Shown: positions 1 through 13,329, counted from the first letter of the stretch. The stretch is 64,000 bases of DNA from Eledone cirrhosa (GCA_964016885.1 OZ024743.1:88784001-88848000), one strand, 5' to 3'. Notes: generated by a model from the sequence alone, not told the origin. A program made the numbers and translations.

Positions 1-159
1 ATGACATGCCAATCTTCTGTGATGGACACAGTCAAACATTTAAAGTGGCAGCCCAATGACTGGCTGCACTAGTTATGGGAACTTGATCATCAATTGACAT
101 TGGGGAGATTGATGTGGTTAATATTTGAATTTCTAGGCCTCAGTGAAATAATCTTATTT

Positions 160-290
160 CTAATTCAAGGAGGGTTCCATAAAAATAGTTGATAGCTTTT
201 GTTACTTAGGTGATGTAATTAGCAGCGGAGAAGGTTGCTTTGAGATTAATTGTAGCTTGAACAAAAATAGTATGGAAAAGATTCATCTCT
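160..290 (+). pseudogene. Decayed RTE LINE reverse transcriptase fragment
   Basis: Reads ...IKIVDSFCYLGDVISSGEGCFE..., homologous to IEIVDSFRYLGDKISSGGGCSE of the RTE copy at 34853-37351. Confidence 0.75.
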
Positions 291-359
291 TTTATGTGTA
301 TATTTCTGTGTAGTATGAGTTCAAATCCCACCAAGGTAAACTTTACCTTTTATCCTTCT

Positions 360-765
360 GTCCTGAACCCAGAGGCCCATCAGGCCAGTGTGTATCCCAG
401 TTTCCATGGTGTTAAGCAACTGAGAGTACAAGACTCTCCCCTGGACAGGATGCCAGTCCATTGCAAGGTTAAATCCCCAGCTGCTATTGGTACTTTATCT
501 TGCTTTTTATAATAGGTACACTGTAACCCTGCATGCTGTATATCTAAATATCTAAAGTCTGTCTCATGCCAGGAGGCATGTCAGGCTGGTGCTTATCCCA
601 ATTAAACCCCCAGCTATTGCTGGTACTCATTTTCAGCTGGGTGTACTGGAGCAACATGAAATTAAGTGTTTTTCTCAAAAAACACAACACATAACCCTGT
701 CCAGGAATCGAACCTATGGAATTATGATCGTAAGTCCAATGCCCTTACCACTAGGCCATGGACCT
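360..765 (-). mobile_element. tRNA-derived SINE family C, rearranged copy
   Basis: Reverse complement matches the 53401-53690 SINE (actctcccctggacaggatgccagtcca; actggagcaacatgaaattaagtgttttt). Confidence 0.7.
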
Positions 766-1160
766 TCACTTTTATCCTTCTGAGGTCGATAAAATAAAGT
801 AATTGTTTAATACTGGGGTCAATATAATTGACTTTCATAGTCTCCCAAATTGATGGTCTTGTGCCAATGTTAGAAAGAATTATTTCTGTGAAGTATTTTC
901 TGATATCACAATCTAAGTCTCGTGTCACATGAACTATTTATAATGGTTCCTATAGTCTGTCAATTATATTGATTTATTGACCAGTAGAGAGTTATAAATA
1001 ATATCATTTTGTTTATCATGGGTTGAGTTTATAATTAACTAGTTGTAGCTTGGATATTCCTTATGATACACACACGTTTTTTTCCACACGTGTTGACAGA
1101 CTTGCACTGAAAATTCTCACGTTTTCAATGAAAAACTCGTTAATTACTATGGTGACAACA

Positions 1161-1197
<37 letters not shown>

Positions 1198-1282
1198 ATA
1201 CACTCTCTCTCTCTCATTGTATTTCTTTCTCAACAACAACATGTTGTTTTTTCTTGAAACAAATTTTAATTCTATCTATCGT

Positions 1283-1336
<54 letters not shown>

Positions 1337-1854
1337 TCTCTCTTTCACTTTATTCTCTGTCAATAACAACAGCAACCTGTCATTTTACCGAAAGTCTTTT
1401 TTTGAAGTCTGTGTTGCATTGTCTATATGTTGAAGGACGTACAGAACCCCCCCCCCACAGAAATAGAGAGAGGGGGAGAAATACATCCTCCCCACCCCAA
1501 AAAACTATATGTATTATATATAAACCTATAAGTGTGATGGACAGACAGATGGAGAAACAGCTTTTCTTTTATGATATAGATTTACAAGCAAGAAGCAATG
1601 TAGTAGTGGTAGAATAGGTGAGAGTGGACACAGCACACCTGTGAACTAGTATTTGTAATGTATTGGTGAGTGAAGGGGTTATCAATCAGACAGATGTACC
1701 TTAGCAGTAATAGCAGTATAAACATCAGAGGGAGGACACATAATGTTAGTGTGTGCGTGATTGAAGTGTATTGGTGAACAAGGGGTTAATAACCAAGTGA
1801 ATAGACCTTATTTAAAAACCATTGATGATTACATAAATATGAAAAAGAAAGATA

Positions 1855-2460
1855 GAAGCAAAATTAAGTAATGAGAAAAAGGGGAAGGGGTAAAGAATGG
1901 CAGATGTGGTTGTATGGGAAAGTAGAGGAAAGGATTATAAATACCATAAATGAGAGAAAAAGGAGGGAAAAGGAAAGGACTCTAGGGCCACATAAGAAAG
2001 GGAGGGGAAGGGGAGAGGGTGATGGGCTCTGTGCCTTGGGTGGGGTGGTGTTTGGGCTGTGCTTCATGGACAAAACTGCAAAGGCATTTCTATGGAGAAT
2101 GGCCAGTGACACTTGCTGTAACATCCACCCCACATCACAAGTTTTCTTCTTCAGATGGGCTGCTGATGATCCGGTTTTATGGAGGAGCCTGGCACTATGG
2201 AGTCTGGGGATATCTGAGGACTCGATGGCAAACGGTGCAATGAGGAAGTGGCTGGACAATCCCTAGTATTTGTTGGTCTTCCTTTCCTCTGCATGGTGGG
2301 CCGCAGTACCAGGGTTTGTGGCCGAAGTGACTAAATTGGAGGCGGAGAATGTGTCACAACATGTGGCATCCCAGATGAAGGATCTACCTCTTTCGAATGA
2401 GAAGAGGGAAATTCCATTGGGGAACTTGCCATCTCCGTAGTTGAGACCTGCTGGCTCCAG
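1855..2460 (-). pseudogene. CRE-like non-LTR retrotransposon 3' end (restriction-like endonuclease domain plus 3' UTR)
   Basis: Minus strand reads LEPAGLNYGDGKFPNGISLFSFERGRSFIWDATCCDTFSASNL...AAHHAEERKTNKY*GLSSHFLIAPFAIES...LQQVSLAILHRNA. This matches the EPxGL..DGKRPDG...WDATC.DT...AE..K..KY...AVE...QRISLAIQRGNA pattern of RLE-type elements. One in-frame stop. Confidence 0.75.
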
Positions 2461-3434
2461 TTGTGATGGGAAGACATCTGCATCATTTTGTATGTGGTTT
2501 ACAATATTTGTATTCTATTCACAGACAGTCAAATTGGCAGAGTTGTTAGAGTGCTGGATATTTGTTCCAGCTCTCTGAGTTCAAGTCTTACCACATTGCC
2601 TTTCATTTTTTCAGGATCAGTAAAGACAGTACCAGTTCAATGCAGGGTGTAGGTGCAGATTTCTCTCCTTCCTGCTGTTATATCCTGGGTGTTCTGCTGG
2701 ATCAAATGGAGAGATAAGGTCGAAAGTGTACCTGTGTCTGTTCATGACCTCATGGGGCACCTAAAACAATTAGTGAAAGTTTGATACATAGTTACACTCA
2801 ATTGTGAGCGATGGCTGTAGTTTGTTTCTTACAAAACACATTATTCTAGATTACTTTCATAAAGAAACTATGTATCTAATATATAACCAACAAATATCCA
2901 ACAACACAGTTTACAGCAGTTTCTACCCAGGGCTGGTGTTACTCTTCAGGTCAAATAGGCTGCCACTAGAGGGGTACATTACTGGATCTTAAAAGATCAC
3001 AGTTTTATACAATTAAATGAAATATATAATAATTTCTTGTAATCAACAAATTAATTGTTAAATATTTTTGCCTCATAGCAGCTTTGTTGAAAGAGTTGTA
3101 TGGTGTTATGACCTATTATATGATTTGGCATGGGTGAGTGTGGATTGTGTAGTGTAACATGCAAGCTTAGTAATTATCTTAGTGTGGTCAGGTTGCCAAA
3201 CTCTAATTTGAAATTATTTTATTTTGGAGAATGGGGGCACATACTTGAGAGGAAGGGTGCATACCCGGGATAGTTGGGCACCTAATTGGGAGAATGGGAG
3301 TTCATAACTTGTAGAACGGGGGTGCATAACTGGGAGAAGGGACCACATTACTGGCAGAAGTGGGATACATTATAGGTGTAAGATTGGTAATTTTTCTAGG
3401 TCGTCTCTGTTGATTTTTTAAAGAACAGAATTAA

Positions 3435-3755
3435 TCATACTGCCAAGTTCCTCTGCAAGATTGGGATATCAACAACCTGGCCTAGAAAGGAGCTCCAAAA
3501 TTGGGGTGGCTGTTGCAGCGGGTGTTGCTGGCCATTGTCCATGGAAATGCCTTTGCAGCCCACACACCGCCCCACCCTAGACCTAGAGCCCATCACCCTC
3601 TCCCTTTCCCCCTCTTTTTCTTCAGTGAACCTAGAGTCTTTGCTTTTTCCTTCACTTTCCTCTCATTTATGACTTTCCCAGTCCTTTCCCCTATTTTCCC
3701 ATACAACCAGATCTTCCCTTCTTTACCCCTTCCCCATTTTCTTTTTACTTAAAAT
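3435..3755 (+). mobile_element. Second, shorter CRE-like 3' end, inverted relative to 1855-2460
   Basis: GWLLQRVLLAIVHGNAFA followed by the same pyrimidine-rich 3' UTR (cctagagtc...tttcccatacaacca...cccttccc). Confidence 0.7.
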
Positions 3756-4289
3756 TAATAAGCAGGGCGGGGACGATTATTCAAGGCCCGAGAGTATAAT
3801 GGGCAACCTTGTGTCGCAACCTTATAAGTCAATATTGTCGCTAGAAGGCTTTTGCCAGTTTTTATAATCTCTCATAATTTGTTGTTATTGATGAGTTATC
3901 TCCCATGGACTATAAACAGAGTTAATGTTTCTTGAGTGAGAAAGAGAAAGAGGGAGAGAAAAAGAAAGATAAAGAGAGTGAAAGGAAGAGAGGGAGAGAG
4001 AAAGAAAGATAGAAACATAGCGAGTAAGAAAAAGAGAGAGAAAGAGGGGGGAGCTGTTAAGTAAAAATGACTAAACAGATTGTTCGGTCTCATTATCAAA
4101 GTGTTGTTGATAACTCGTTGCTGTTGTTGTTAACTGCTGTTACTGTTATTGTTGTTACTATTGTTCATCATCACCATCATCATCATAATAACCTTTTGAC
4201 GCCTGTTTCCCTTACTGACATGATGGGTTGTCACGTTCTGAGATTAACAGAGGTCGAGTGACCAGGTCGTGTTCATATATTCCAGTTGA

Positions 4290-4845
4290 CATGCTTTCTA
4301 CCATTGAATGCTCTTACTGTTGTTGTTACTGTTGGTGTTGTTACTGTTGTTGTTACTGTTGTTGTTATTGTGGTTGTTATTGTTACTGTCTTTATTTTTG
4401 CTACTGTTGTTACTGTTGTTATTGTTATTACTGATGTTGTAATCATTATTGTAGCTTTCTAGCACAGTTACGTCCCTTTACGGTCTGAGTTCAAATCCCG
4501 CCGAGGTTAACTTTGCCTTTCAACCTTACGGGGTCGATAAAATAAAGTACCAGTAATACACTGGGTTTGCTGGCCTTGTGCCAAAAGTAGAAACAATTAT
4601 TGTAGTTACTACTGTTATTGTTACTGTTGTTGTTACTGTTGTTGTTACTGTTGTTGTTACTGTTGTTATTACTGTTGTTGTTACTGTTGTTATTACTGTT
4701 ATTGTTACTGTTGTTACTGTTGTTATTACTGTTGTTATTACTGTTGTTGTTACTGTTGTTATTACTGTTGTTATTACTGCTGTTACTGTTACTGTTGTTA
4801 CTGTTGTTATTACTGTTGTTGTTGTTACTGTTGTTGCTGTTGTAT
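4290..4845. repeat. (TGT/TAC)n low-complexity repeat interrupted by a partial SINE A (about 4470-4600)
   Basis: Visible tandem tgttgttac units; SINE body ctgagttcaaatcccgccgaggttaactttgcc. Confidence 0.9.
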
Positions 4846-5219
4846 ATATTCTTGGCAGTAGATGTGGGAGTGAGTCTTGCTATCATTTAAATGAATTTTT
4901 AAAAGATCAATCAATTTATTCATTCATTTATTAAATCTCTTCTCACACAGACTGACACAAAGCCCTCCCCCTCCTTTAGTCAGCATAGTTAACAGCTCAT
5001 CCTCAACCTAGTTGATCAAATAAGACACTAACTGATTGCTAGAAATAGCAGTCAAATCGTCCCCAAATGACACCCTACTGCCCGTAAAAGAAAAGAAAAG
5101 AACAAAATAGGACACAGTGGATAATGTAACTTTAGGTGGCAAATTGAGGAGTGAAAATCGATATTCAATAAATTTCTATTAAATTATATAATGTTTGCAA
5201 TAAAAATAAAGAAAATTTA

Positions 5220-5515
5220 AATAATGATTTCTACTTTAGGCACAACAATTTGATTAGAGGGGAAAGACGATTAAATCGATCCCAGTGCATTATTGGTAAT
5301 TTATTTTGTTGACCTCGTGAGGATGAAAAACAAAGATAACCTTGGCGAGATTTGAACACAGAATGTAAAGGGGCGTAACTCTAGAAAATTAAATAATTGT
5401 TTCTATTTTAGGCACAAGGTCAGCAATTACCCAGTACATTACTGGTACTTTATTTTATCGACCCCGTAAGGATGAAAGGCAAAGTTAACCTTGGCGGGAT
5501 TTGAACTCAGATCTA
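5220..5515 (-). mobile_element. SINE family A copies
   Basis: Reverse complement of the SINE A core (ttactggtactttattttatcgaccccgtaaggatgaaaggcaaagttaacc...gatttgaactcag). Confidence 0.85.
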
Positions 5516-5639
5516 GAAAATTAAATAATGAAAGTAAGGGAAAGTGGAATGGAGTGGCAGATTCTACACCCTAGTCTGGGTGATATATCTCAGCTGTATC
5601 ACGTGGACAAGATGGCGAAAGCATTGCTGCAGAGAACAT

Positions 5640-6070
5640 AGCCGCCACTACTACCACTACTGCCTTCATCACCACATGCTGACGCAATCTCCACCACCAC
5701 CACCACCACCACTATAACTGCCACCACCACATACACTACCATCACCACCACAAACACCGTCAACATCACCACCGCCACCACAATTACCACCAATATCATC
5801 ACTAATACCACATCTACCACCACTGCCACCACCACCACCACCACCGCCATCACAATCACCGCCAACATCACCACTAACACAATGAGCTCATCACCACCAC
5901 CATCACCTCCACCACTTCTACCACTGTCGTCAGCACCATCACCACAATCACCACCAATATCACCACTAACACAATGGACTCATATCACCATCACCTCCAC
6001 CACTGTCGTCAGCACCATCACCCCCCCCCCCCTGCCGCGCGCCACCATAACCACCACCACCACCACACAA
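5640..6070. repeat. (CAC/ACC)n low-complexity tract
   Basis: Degenerate caccac runs. Confidence 0.85.
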
Positions 6071-6329
6071 TGTTGTATTGGTGTTCACATCTGTTTGAGT
6101 CCATCAGCAATTAATGTCTTTATAATTACTGAAATACAATTAACAAAACTGGAAATTAATTAATGATGTAACGAAAATGGAAATTAAATGATTTAATGAA
6201 AGTTGAAATATATTTGGTCAACTCAGCTATGGGATAGAGGAAAAGAGAGAAGTGAGGCCCATATGGCATTTCAGGGTCTTTCTCTTGGAAAGAAATCTTC
6301 AAATATACAAACATCATGTTGATATAATA

Positions 6330-6680
6330 ATGGTATCTACTTTAGGCACAAGGCCAGCAATTACCTAGTGCATTACTGGTACTTTATTTTATCGACCCCG
6401 TAAGGATGAAAAGCAAGGTTAACCTCGGCAGGATTTGAACTCAGATCATAAAGGGACGTAACTATGCTGGAAAGCATGGCGTCCGACCCTCTACCGATAA
6501 TGGTTTCTTATATAGGCACAAGGCCAGCAATTATCCCAGTGTATTACTGGTACTTTATTTTATCGACCCCTGTAAGGATGAAAGGCAAGGTTAAACTCGG
6601 CGGGATTTGAAATCAGACCATAAAGGGCTCTAACTCTTTGCTGCAAAGTATGGCGTCCGACCCTCTACTGCCAATCCACC
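6330..6680 (-). mobile_element. Two tandem SINE family A copies
   Basis: Two successive copies of the SINE A reverse complement, each ending ggcgtccgaccctctac. Confidence 0.9.
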
Positions 6681-7000
6681 AATGTCAGAAAAGAGTCGTG
6701 ATATACACACAGACATACACACACATGCATGAGTGTGTATGGAGAGGGAATATCAGGTGTAGTGTTGGTAAATTTCGAGACACATGGAAGTTTTGAAGGA
6801 TACAGTGTTCCGACAGCTAACAACTGATGCAGGTATTTTGTTCCATGCTTCAGCAACTCTAAGCATGAAAAAATGTTTCTGAAAGTCATGGGAGCTGCAC
6901 CATTTTCTGATTTTGTACACATGTCCACTGGTGTTAGACTTATAGAATTCAAAAAGGTGCCCAGGTTTGTTGGAAAGATGGTAAATAATCTTGTGAGGGG
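6681..7000 (-). mobile_element. CR1-clade LINE 3' end fragment
   Basis: Homologous to 51045-51670 (WNKLPASVVSC region and 3' UTR). Confidence 0.8.
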
Positions 7001-7574
7001 AACGAATTGTTAGAACATCAAATAGAATACTTTGGGGTATCCATTCCAGCTCTCTCTGCGCTCTAAATCCAAATTCAGCTCAGGTCAACTTTGCCTTTCA
7101 TCTTTCTAAACTCAATAAAAAAAAAAACCAGTTCGGTTCTAAGGTCAATCTTTCCTCTCTTTCACTTCCATTCTCTCTCTCTTTCTCACTTCCACTCTCT
7201 CTCTCTTTCTTACTTTCTCTCTCTCACTTCCACTCTCTCTTTCTCACTTTCACTCTCTCTTTATGTAGTAGATGAGATGAGATGGGCTCTACCAGGTTTG
7301 AAATGCCCAACACATGCTGCATGTCACTATGGTGCCACTATAACTCCACATGTCACTATGTCATTATGGTACCACTATAACTCCACATGGTGTGAGGAAT
7401 CAATACATACACATGTTATGGTAAGACAGCAATCAAAGAAGTTCAGTCCTACATGAGCTGTCTAATGTAGTACATGCTTTATCAACTTACCACATAATTT
7501 GGCTGTTGTTCTCGGGTTGATGAAATAAAGTACTAGTCAACTGTTGGGATTGATTTAATAAGCCTTGCCCTTCT

Positions 7575-7900
7575 TCTTCTTCTACCCTCCCCCCTCCCTG
7601 TCCTCATCCCCTCTCACTTATTCCTGAGAGTGTCATGGAGGAAGAGTCCTTAAACACTCCTTCCAGCAGGTCTTGTCAGAAGCAATCTTCTCTAACTCAT
7701 CTGGTTGGATCCCCAAGCAAGACCAGCCAAGCTCATGGATGTTGTCCAACCATCTTGCTCAGGGTCTACCACTGGGTCTCCTGCCAGTTGGTTTTGCCCA
7801 TAAAATCTGTCCAACAATTCTTTCCTGAGACATTCTAACCACATGCCCATAGTATCAATTCAGAGAAGTAGCGGCTCTACCTGGAGTGACTCTCTCATCT
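7575..7900 (-). mobile_element. RTE (Expander/Rex3-like) 3' fragment
   Basis: Reverse complement of 15810-16125 (ccagttggttttgcccataaaatctgtcc...cattctaaccacatgcccatagta). Confidence 0.75.
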
Positions 7901-8350
7901 CCTTGCCCTTCCACTAAAATTTGCTGACCTTGTACCTAAGATACTGTAGATAAAATGCCACTGTTGTATTTATTCTGGCCCTTTATGATCTGAGTTTGAA
8001 TCCCACTGAGGTCAGTTCTTTCTTTCATCTTTCTTGGGGGTGTGAGCTTCACGAGCTGGAATGGCTCTTCTAATGCATCTCCCTCACTATCTTCTGGAGA
8101 AATGCCTTCTCTATTCTATCTGTCGGGGCCGTGGGGCACATGGGCTCCAATTTACTTATAATAGTGAAAGATGAGGAGAGTGAGAGAGACAGAGGCAGTG
8201 ACCAGAATTGCTGAAATATTTTGTAGAGTTAATAGTTAAGTGATTTTCTCCTGCAGCATTTCTATAGTTAAACATATATTAGACATAGAATTTGATTTTT
8301 CACTCTAACATATCAGATTACATACATGTAAATTTGGGTTATGTCGAATA

Positions 8351-8512
8351 ATAATAATTGTTTCTATTTTTGGCACAAAGCCAGCAGTTACCCCAGTGTA
8401 TTACTGGTACTTTATTTTATCAACCCTGTAAGGATGAAAGGCAAAGTTAACCTGGCGGGATTTGAACTCAAACCTTAAAGGGCTGTAACTCTATGCTGCA
8501 ATATTGCCAATC
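8351..8512 (-). mobile_element. SINE family A
   Basis: Reverse complement of the SINE A consensus. Confidence 0.9.
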
Positions 8513-8605
8513 CTCGATTCGTTTGCAAGCAAACAGCCTCATAGATGACAATAGTCATCAAAACAAAGCATAGCATAGTGAGGCCGTTTGCTTGCAAATG
8601 AATCG

Positions 8606-8636
<31 letters not shown>

Positions 8637-8815
8637 GGTGGATTGGCAGTATCGGTAGCGGGTCAGATGCAGCAAAGAGTTATGGCCCTTTCTGGTCTGA
8701 GTTCAAATCCCGCCGAGGTTAACTTTGCCTTTAATCCTTACGGGGTCGATAAAATAAAGTACCAGTAATGCACTGGGTAACTGCTGGCTTTGTGCCAAAA
8801 GTAGAAACAGTTATT
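8637..8815 (+). mobile_element. SINE family A, full length, tRNA-derived
   Basis: A-box-like TGGCAGTATCGG, B-box GAGTTCAAATCC, central tttgcctttaatccttacggggtcgataaaataaagtaccag, and an ATT tail. Confidence 0.9.
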
Positions 8816-10423
8816 ATTCAGTGGTTTGGCAGTATCAGTAGAGTATCAGACACCATGCTTTGCAGTATAGAGATGCAGTATGTTCTGAGTTCAAATCCTG
8901 CTGAGTTTTCATACCTCATAGCGATCAATGGCAACTTTATTTTCAGTCTTTAAAGTGTTATTATAAGCTATTTTATAGAATCTCTGCACATCAGCCATTT
9001 ATATTATTATTAATAATAATTGTTGAGTTCAAATCCCACCGAGGTTAACTTTGCCTTTCATCCTTACAGGGTTAATAAAATAAAACACCAGTAATGCACT
9101 GGGGTAATTGCTGGCCTTATTTGATATAACCGATATTTACATTTATGTATTAGTTACTATCTTGGAGATAAAGTGGCTAATAACTTTGGTGGATCCCTCA
9201 AGGTTGATAAAATAAAGTACCAGTCATATATTGGGTTGATTTAATCAGCGTTTCCCTTTACTCCAAACTTACTGGCATTATGCTTACTTTAGAAATCAAT
9301 ATTATGTTGTGGTTTATTCATGTTCAATGGAACTACAAGCATTAATGGACATTTCCTGAATTATATATTCATTGCCATTCTTCTGTCTGACACTCAGCTA
9401 ATAAAAAAACATGCTTCCGTTTATTGCTTCCTGTAATATTTTCTGCCTGAATATAACTTTTTTTATTCATTAACAGACCTGCTCCATTCAGCTCCATTCA
9501 GCAAATCTATTTTAGATCTGAACTTTACAACAAATCCACTAGCTATTATGTTTAGTATTTAGAATGTAGAGGTCTCATTTTTTGTATGTATGAACTTGTA
9601 ATTCTAACTCCCGATGGAGTTATGTAGTCTTGGGCATTTTAAAACCTGTGAGAGCCTACCCCCTCTGTAGGATTGAACACAGCTGATTTATTGCAGAGAA
9701 GGAGAGCAAGAGAGAGAGAGAGAGAGAGAGAGGAAGAGAGAGAGGAGAGGAAGAGAGAGAGGGAGGGAGAGAGTGATAGATAGAAAGTAAGAAATAAATA
9801 TAAAAAAAGAAATAGATATAAAAAAAGAATCGGCCTCTGTACTGGTACTTTTTTATTGACCTCGAAAAGATGTAAGGCAAAGTTGACCTCAATGGGTTTT
9901 GAACTCAGAAAGCAGAAAAATGGAACAAATAATACAAAGTACTTTATTCAAGTGTTTACCACTTCACTGCCTATCTCCTCTTAAACTGACATTACTTATT
10001 CATAAATTCCACTAAAAAATCAATCACATTGTTTGGATCAACTAAAATTACAGATCAATAGTCATATTCCTTCTCCTTTATATTGATAAATTTCAAATTC
10101 AATTGTAACTAAAATATTTGTTGGGAATTTTGGTAGATTTATCAATTGGCAGAACTGATGGAACACTATCAGGGTTTAAGAATGTCTCTTTGATCTTATT
10201 TCAAATCAATAGTGTGGTTAATATAATTGACTATACTTATTCTCCCCAAAGTCAACTTTGCCTTTCATCCATTTTAGGTCGATAAAAAAAGTACCAGTCC
10301 AGTACTAGGGTCAATTCTTCCTCTATATCTCTTTCTCACTTTCTTTCTCTCATTTTCTATCCTTCTCTGGAAGCAATCTGCTGTATTCAGACATGAAGAG
10401 AAGATGGACTCCGACAGGGTTAA

Positions 10424-10644
10424 TCCTTTAGCATTTACATTACTCTATATTTACTATTATATTTTCACGGTAAAGGCTTTACCTCACATAATTATCTCAC
10501 ATAATATCAAAGCTACGAGATATTGATATTATTTATTTTGAGAACAATACCTTAACATCAGTATGAGTGGCTGGTTACAACCATTTTGAACAGAAAGAGG
10601 TGAGAGAATTCTGGCTGGATACAGCCAGTTTAAATGCTAAAGGG
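10424..10644. mobile_element. piggyBac-type MITE
   Basis: TTAA at 10420-10423 and 10645-10648; TIR (t/c)cctttagcattta...taaatgctaaaggg; homologous copies at 51860-52282. Confidence 0.85.
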
Positions 10645-10704
10645 TTAAAAATGTTCTAGAAACACCTTATGTCATTATGGTGCTCCTATGACAGCCTCAG
10701 GTGT

Positions 10705-10975
10705 TATGGGTGATGTGTTGTTTCCTTGAGCAAGACACTTTATTTCACATTGCTCCAGTTTACTTAGCTGTAGAAGTGAGATGATAGGGACTGGGGTCCA
10801 TATTCCACTGCAAAGTGGTCGTGGAGGTGCCACGGCAAAAAAGCACCCAGCACTCACTGTAAATGAGGTTGGTGTTAGGAAGGGCATCCAGCTGTAGAAA
10901 TCAAGCCAGCATCATTTCCCGTCCCACCCTTGCAAAAAGCGGACGTAAAATGAAATGATGATGATGATGATGATA
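10705..10975 (+). mobile_element. SINE family B, 5'-truncated, with RTE-like 3' tail
   Basis: ccttgagcaagacactt core; ggttggtgttaggaagggcatccag; ends gcggacgtaaaatgaaatgatgatg. Confidence 0.85.
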
Positions 10976-11239
10976 CTCATCCTCCATTACAAACACTGCA
11001 ATACAGAAAGTAAGCATGGTGAGATACCAGAGGCTAAAGTATTTGGCAATTAAATGGAGACAATATGGGGTTTGAGAGGACTTTTCAATCTGACAGAACA
11101 TGACAACACCCTCCTTAACCATGTTGTTTTCTTTAACAATGGACCTTTAACAGCCAAACCTGTCTATCAATTGCATCCACCTCATTCCATTATCTCATCC
11201 TTCCACCAAGTCTAGGAATGACTGTAGAAGTTCACAGGC

Positions 11240-11575
11240 ATTGTAGAAACCCCTCCCTTCACTAAGGCCATGACTGGCCATGGGCTTGCACCTAGAAAGT
11301 TCCTCTGCAAGGTCCATACCTGGGTAAAGTATTTTGTCGAAGACCAGCAGCCAACCATGCATACCAGTCACCCTTCTCCACTTCACCAATGTTGTCTGAG
11401 GGAAAGACTGACTGATATTGCTTGGCACTAATGTCCTCACAACCCCTTTTTTAAACTAAGTGAACTAGAGCAACATGAAATGAAGTGTCTTGCTCAAGGT
11501 CACAATGTGCCCCTCCGTCGGACATTGAACTCATGATATTACAATCGTGAACCCAACACTTCAACAACTGCCTTC
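11240..11575 (-). mobile_element. SINE family D, older copy
   Basis: Homologous to 55420-55763 (cctagaaagttc...gaagaccagcag...catgcataccagtc...aagtgtcttgctcaagg). Confidence 0.7.
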
Positions 11576-12399
11576 CCATAGATACTAGACCTCCACCATC
11601 ACCACCACGACCACACACCCACCACCAGCACAGCCAACCCCCAGTAACAACAACAACAACAATCTCAGATTAACTGGCAAAGAATTATTGCCTATTTGAG
11701 GAAGTGCTTGCTGCTTACAGTACACACTGCTTAGAGGATTATCATCTTATATATATATATACATACATATATATATATGTATGTATATATATATGTTTAA
11801 GTATATGTACATGCACACACACACACACACATAACCCATCTGTGAAATCTCTCTTCCTTTAAGTAAAACTAATCTCAATAATATGTTGTTAATCTGCTCA
11901 ACAAGAAGTTCTTAGGTCTGTTTCTGTATTAGTATCAACCTAGTATCAACCCAGTACACTGACCAGTCGCTGAACAGAACTTCAACCTTATAATTATATT
12001 TTCTTGTTAAAATATATGGGATATTAACAACATAGATTATGATGTCACAACTACCAACGGCTTTTGTGGGCGGGTGTAGGGTTAAGGTGGATGTGGGCTA
12101 GGTGTGAGGGTTGGGGTGGGGGTATAGGTATTGGATGAAGCTTAATATCTTAATTATATAGTTTTAAGAAATGTATTTATGAATTAAACATTAATTAATT
12201 CATGATAAAGGGCTGAATTGTAAATAGTGATGATGATGATGATGATGATGATCATCATCATCATCATCACCATCACCATCATCATCATCATCATCATCAT
12301 CATTGTGTGTAGGCGTGTGTATGTTTGCAAGCATCATTGTCATAATAATGCTTGCAAACATACACACGCCTACACACACACAAATGACTACAAATAATA

Positions 12400-12796
12400 G
12401 GGTGGAGTGGGGTCGGAATAAGCAGGGTGGGGGGATATGTGGGGGTGGGATTGGAAAATCGATAATTTTTCTAGGTTATCTCTGTTGGTTTTTTAAAAAC
12501 CAGAATTAGTCGTTTAGTTTACATATTGAGACCTCAACCCATCCTATTTATTTTATAACATATGGGATTTCTAGTAATGTACTTTTGTCATGTATAATGT
12601 TTTTTAATGTCTAAAGAAAATTAATTGTTGCAGGAATGCTACCACTTAAAATAAAATTTTGTCTGAGATAGATTAGCAAAATTTAATAAGCAGGGGCAAG
12701 GGTGGGGGCTGGTATAAGAGTGAAGTTGGGGGTTGGAAAAAATCTGAAAAATGAATAAACTGGGGTTGGTGGACGATTATTCAAGACCTGGCAGTA
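12400..12796. mobile_element. Non-autonomous DNA-transposon-like dispersed repeat
   Basis: Shares blocks with 3385-3440, 3755-3796 and 18525-18665 (ggacgattattcaag...agta end; tctaaagaaaattaatt.ttgcaggaatgctaccacttaaaa). Confidence 0.55.
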
Positions 12797-13054
12797 CACA
12801 TATACACACACACACACATACATACACACACACATACACATATACACACAGCGAAGCAATCTAATTTATTATGACAGTTAGCAGGGTCATTATAACACAT
12901 GGCTTTTAAATATGTTGTAACCCCTATTTTAACCATTGGGAGCCCTGAGGCACAGGTAACAGTGACTCAGCAGAAAAAACAAATACACTTAATCACTGCA
13001 GGGAATCTAGGCTTCTCTCTGATGAATAATACATCCCTGACAGTTATCATAATA

Positions 13055-13249
13055 TGAAGGTTGGCTGAAAAGTTCATAGGCTGTCCATGAAGGAGTGATG
13101 GTAGGGCTTTGAAATCTTGCATGCATTCATTTCAACTCTTATTAATAACTGCATTGTTTTTTTCTAGGGACTATGTTGAAAAATAAACCTCATTTGGCCA
13201 TTCCATGAGAGTATCTTGGTCAGCCTATGAACTTTTCAGTCGACCCTCA
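13055..13249. mobile_element. Tc1/mariner MITE
   Basis: TA on both sides; about 29 bp imperfect TIR tgaaggttggctgaaaagttcataggctg / cagcctatgaacttttcagtcgaccctca. Confidence 0.85.
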
Positions 13250-13329
13250 TAGTACCTTTAGCTCCTTGTTATATTCCTCAGATATTCTGTATGGAACATT
13301 TTAGAAATTTCAAGCTAATAACCTTTGAT

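Noticed and set aside
2955-2976. CTCF-like motif ccactagagggg
   Set aside because: A single imperfect short match, expected by chance in 64 kb.
9478-9585. Candidate exon after a strong acceptor (ttttttattcattaacag)
   Set aside because: All three frames hit a stop before the candidate donor.
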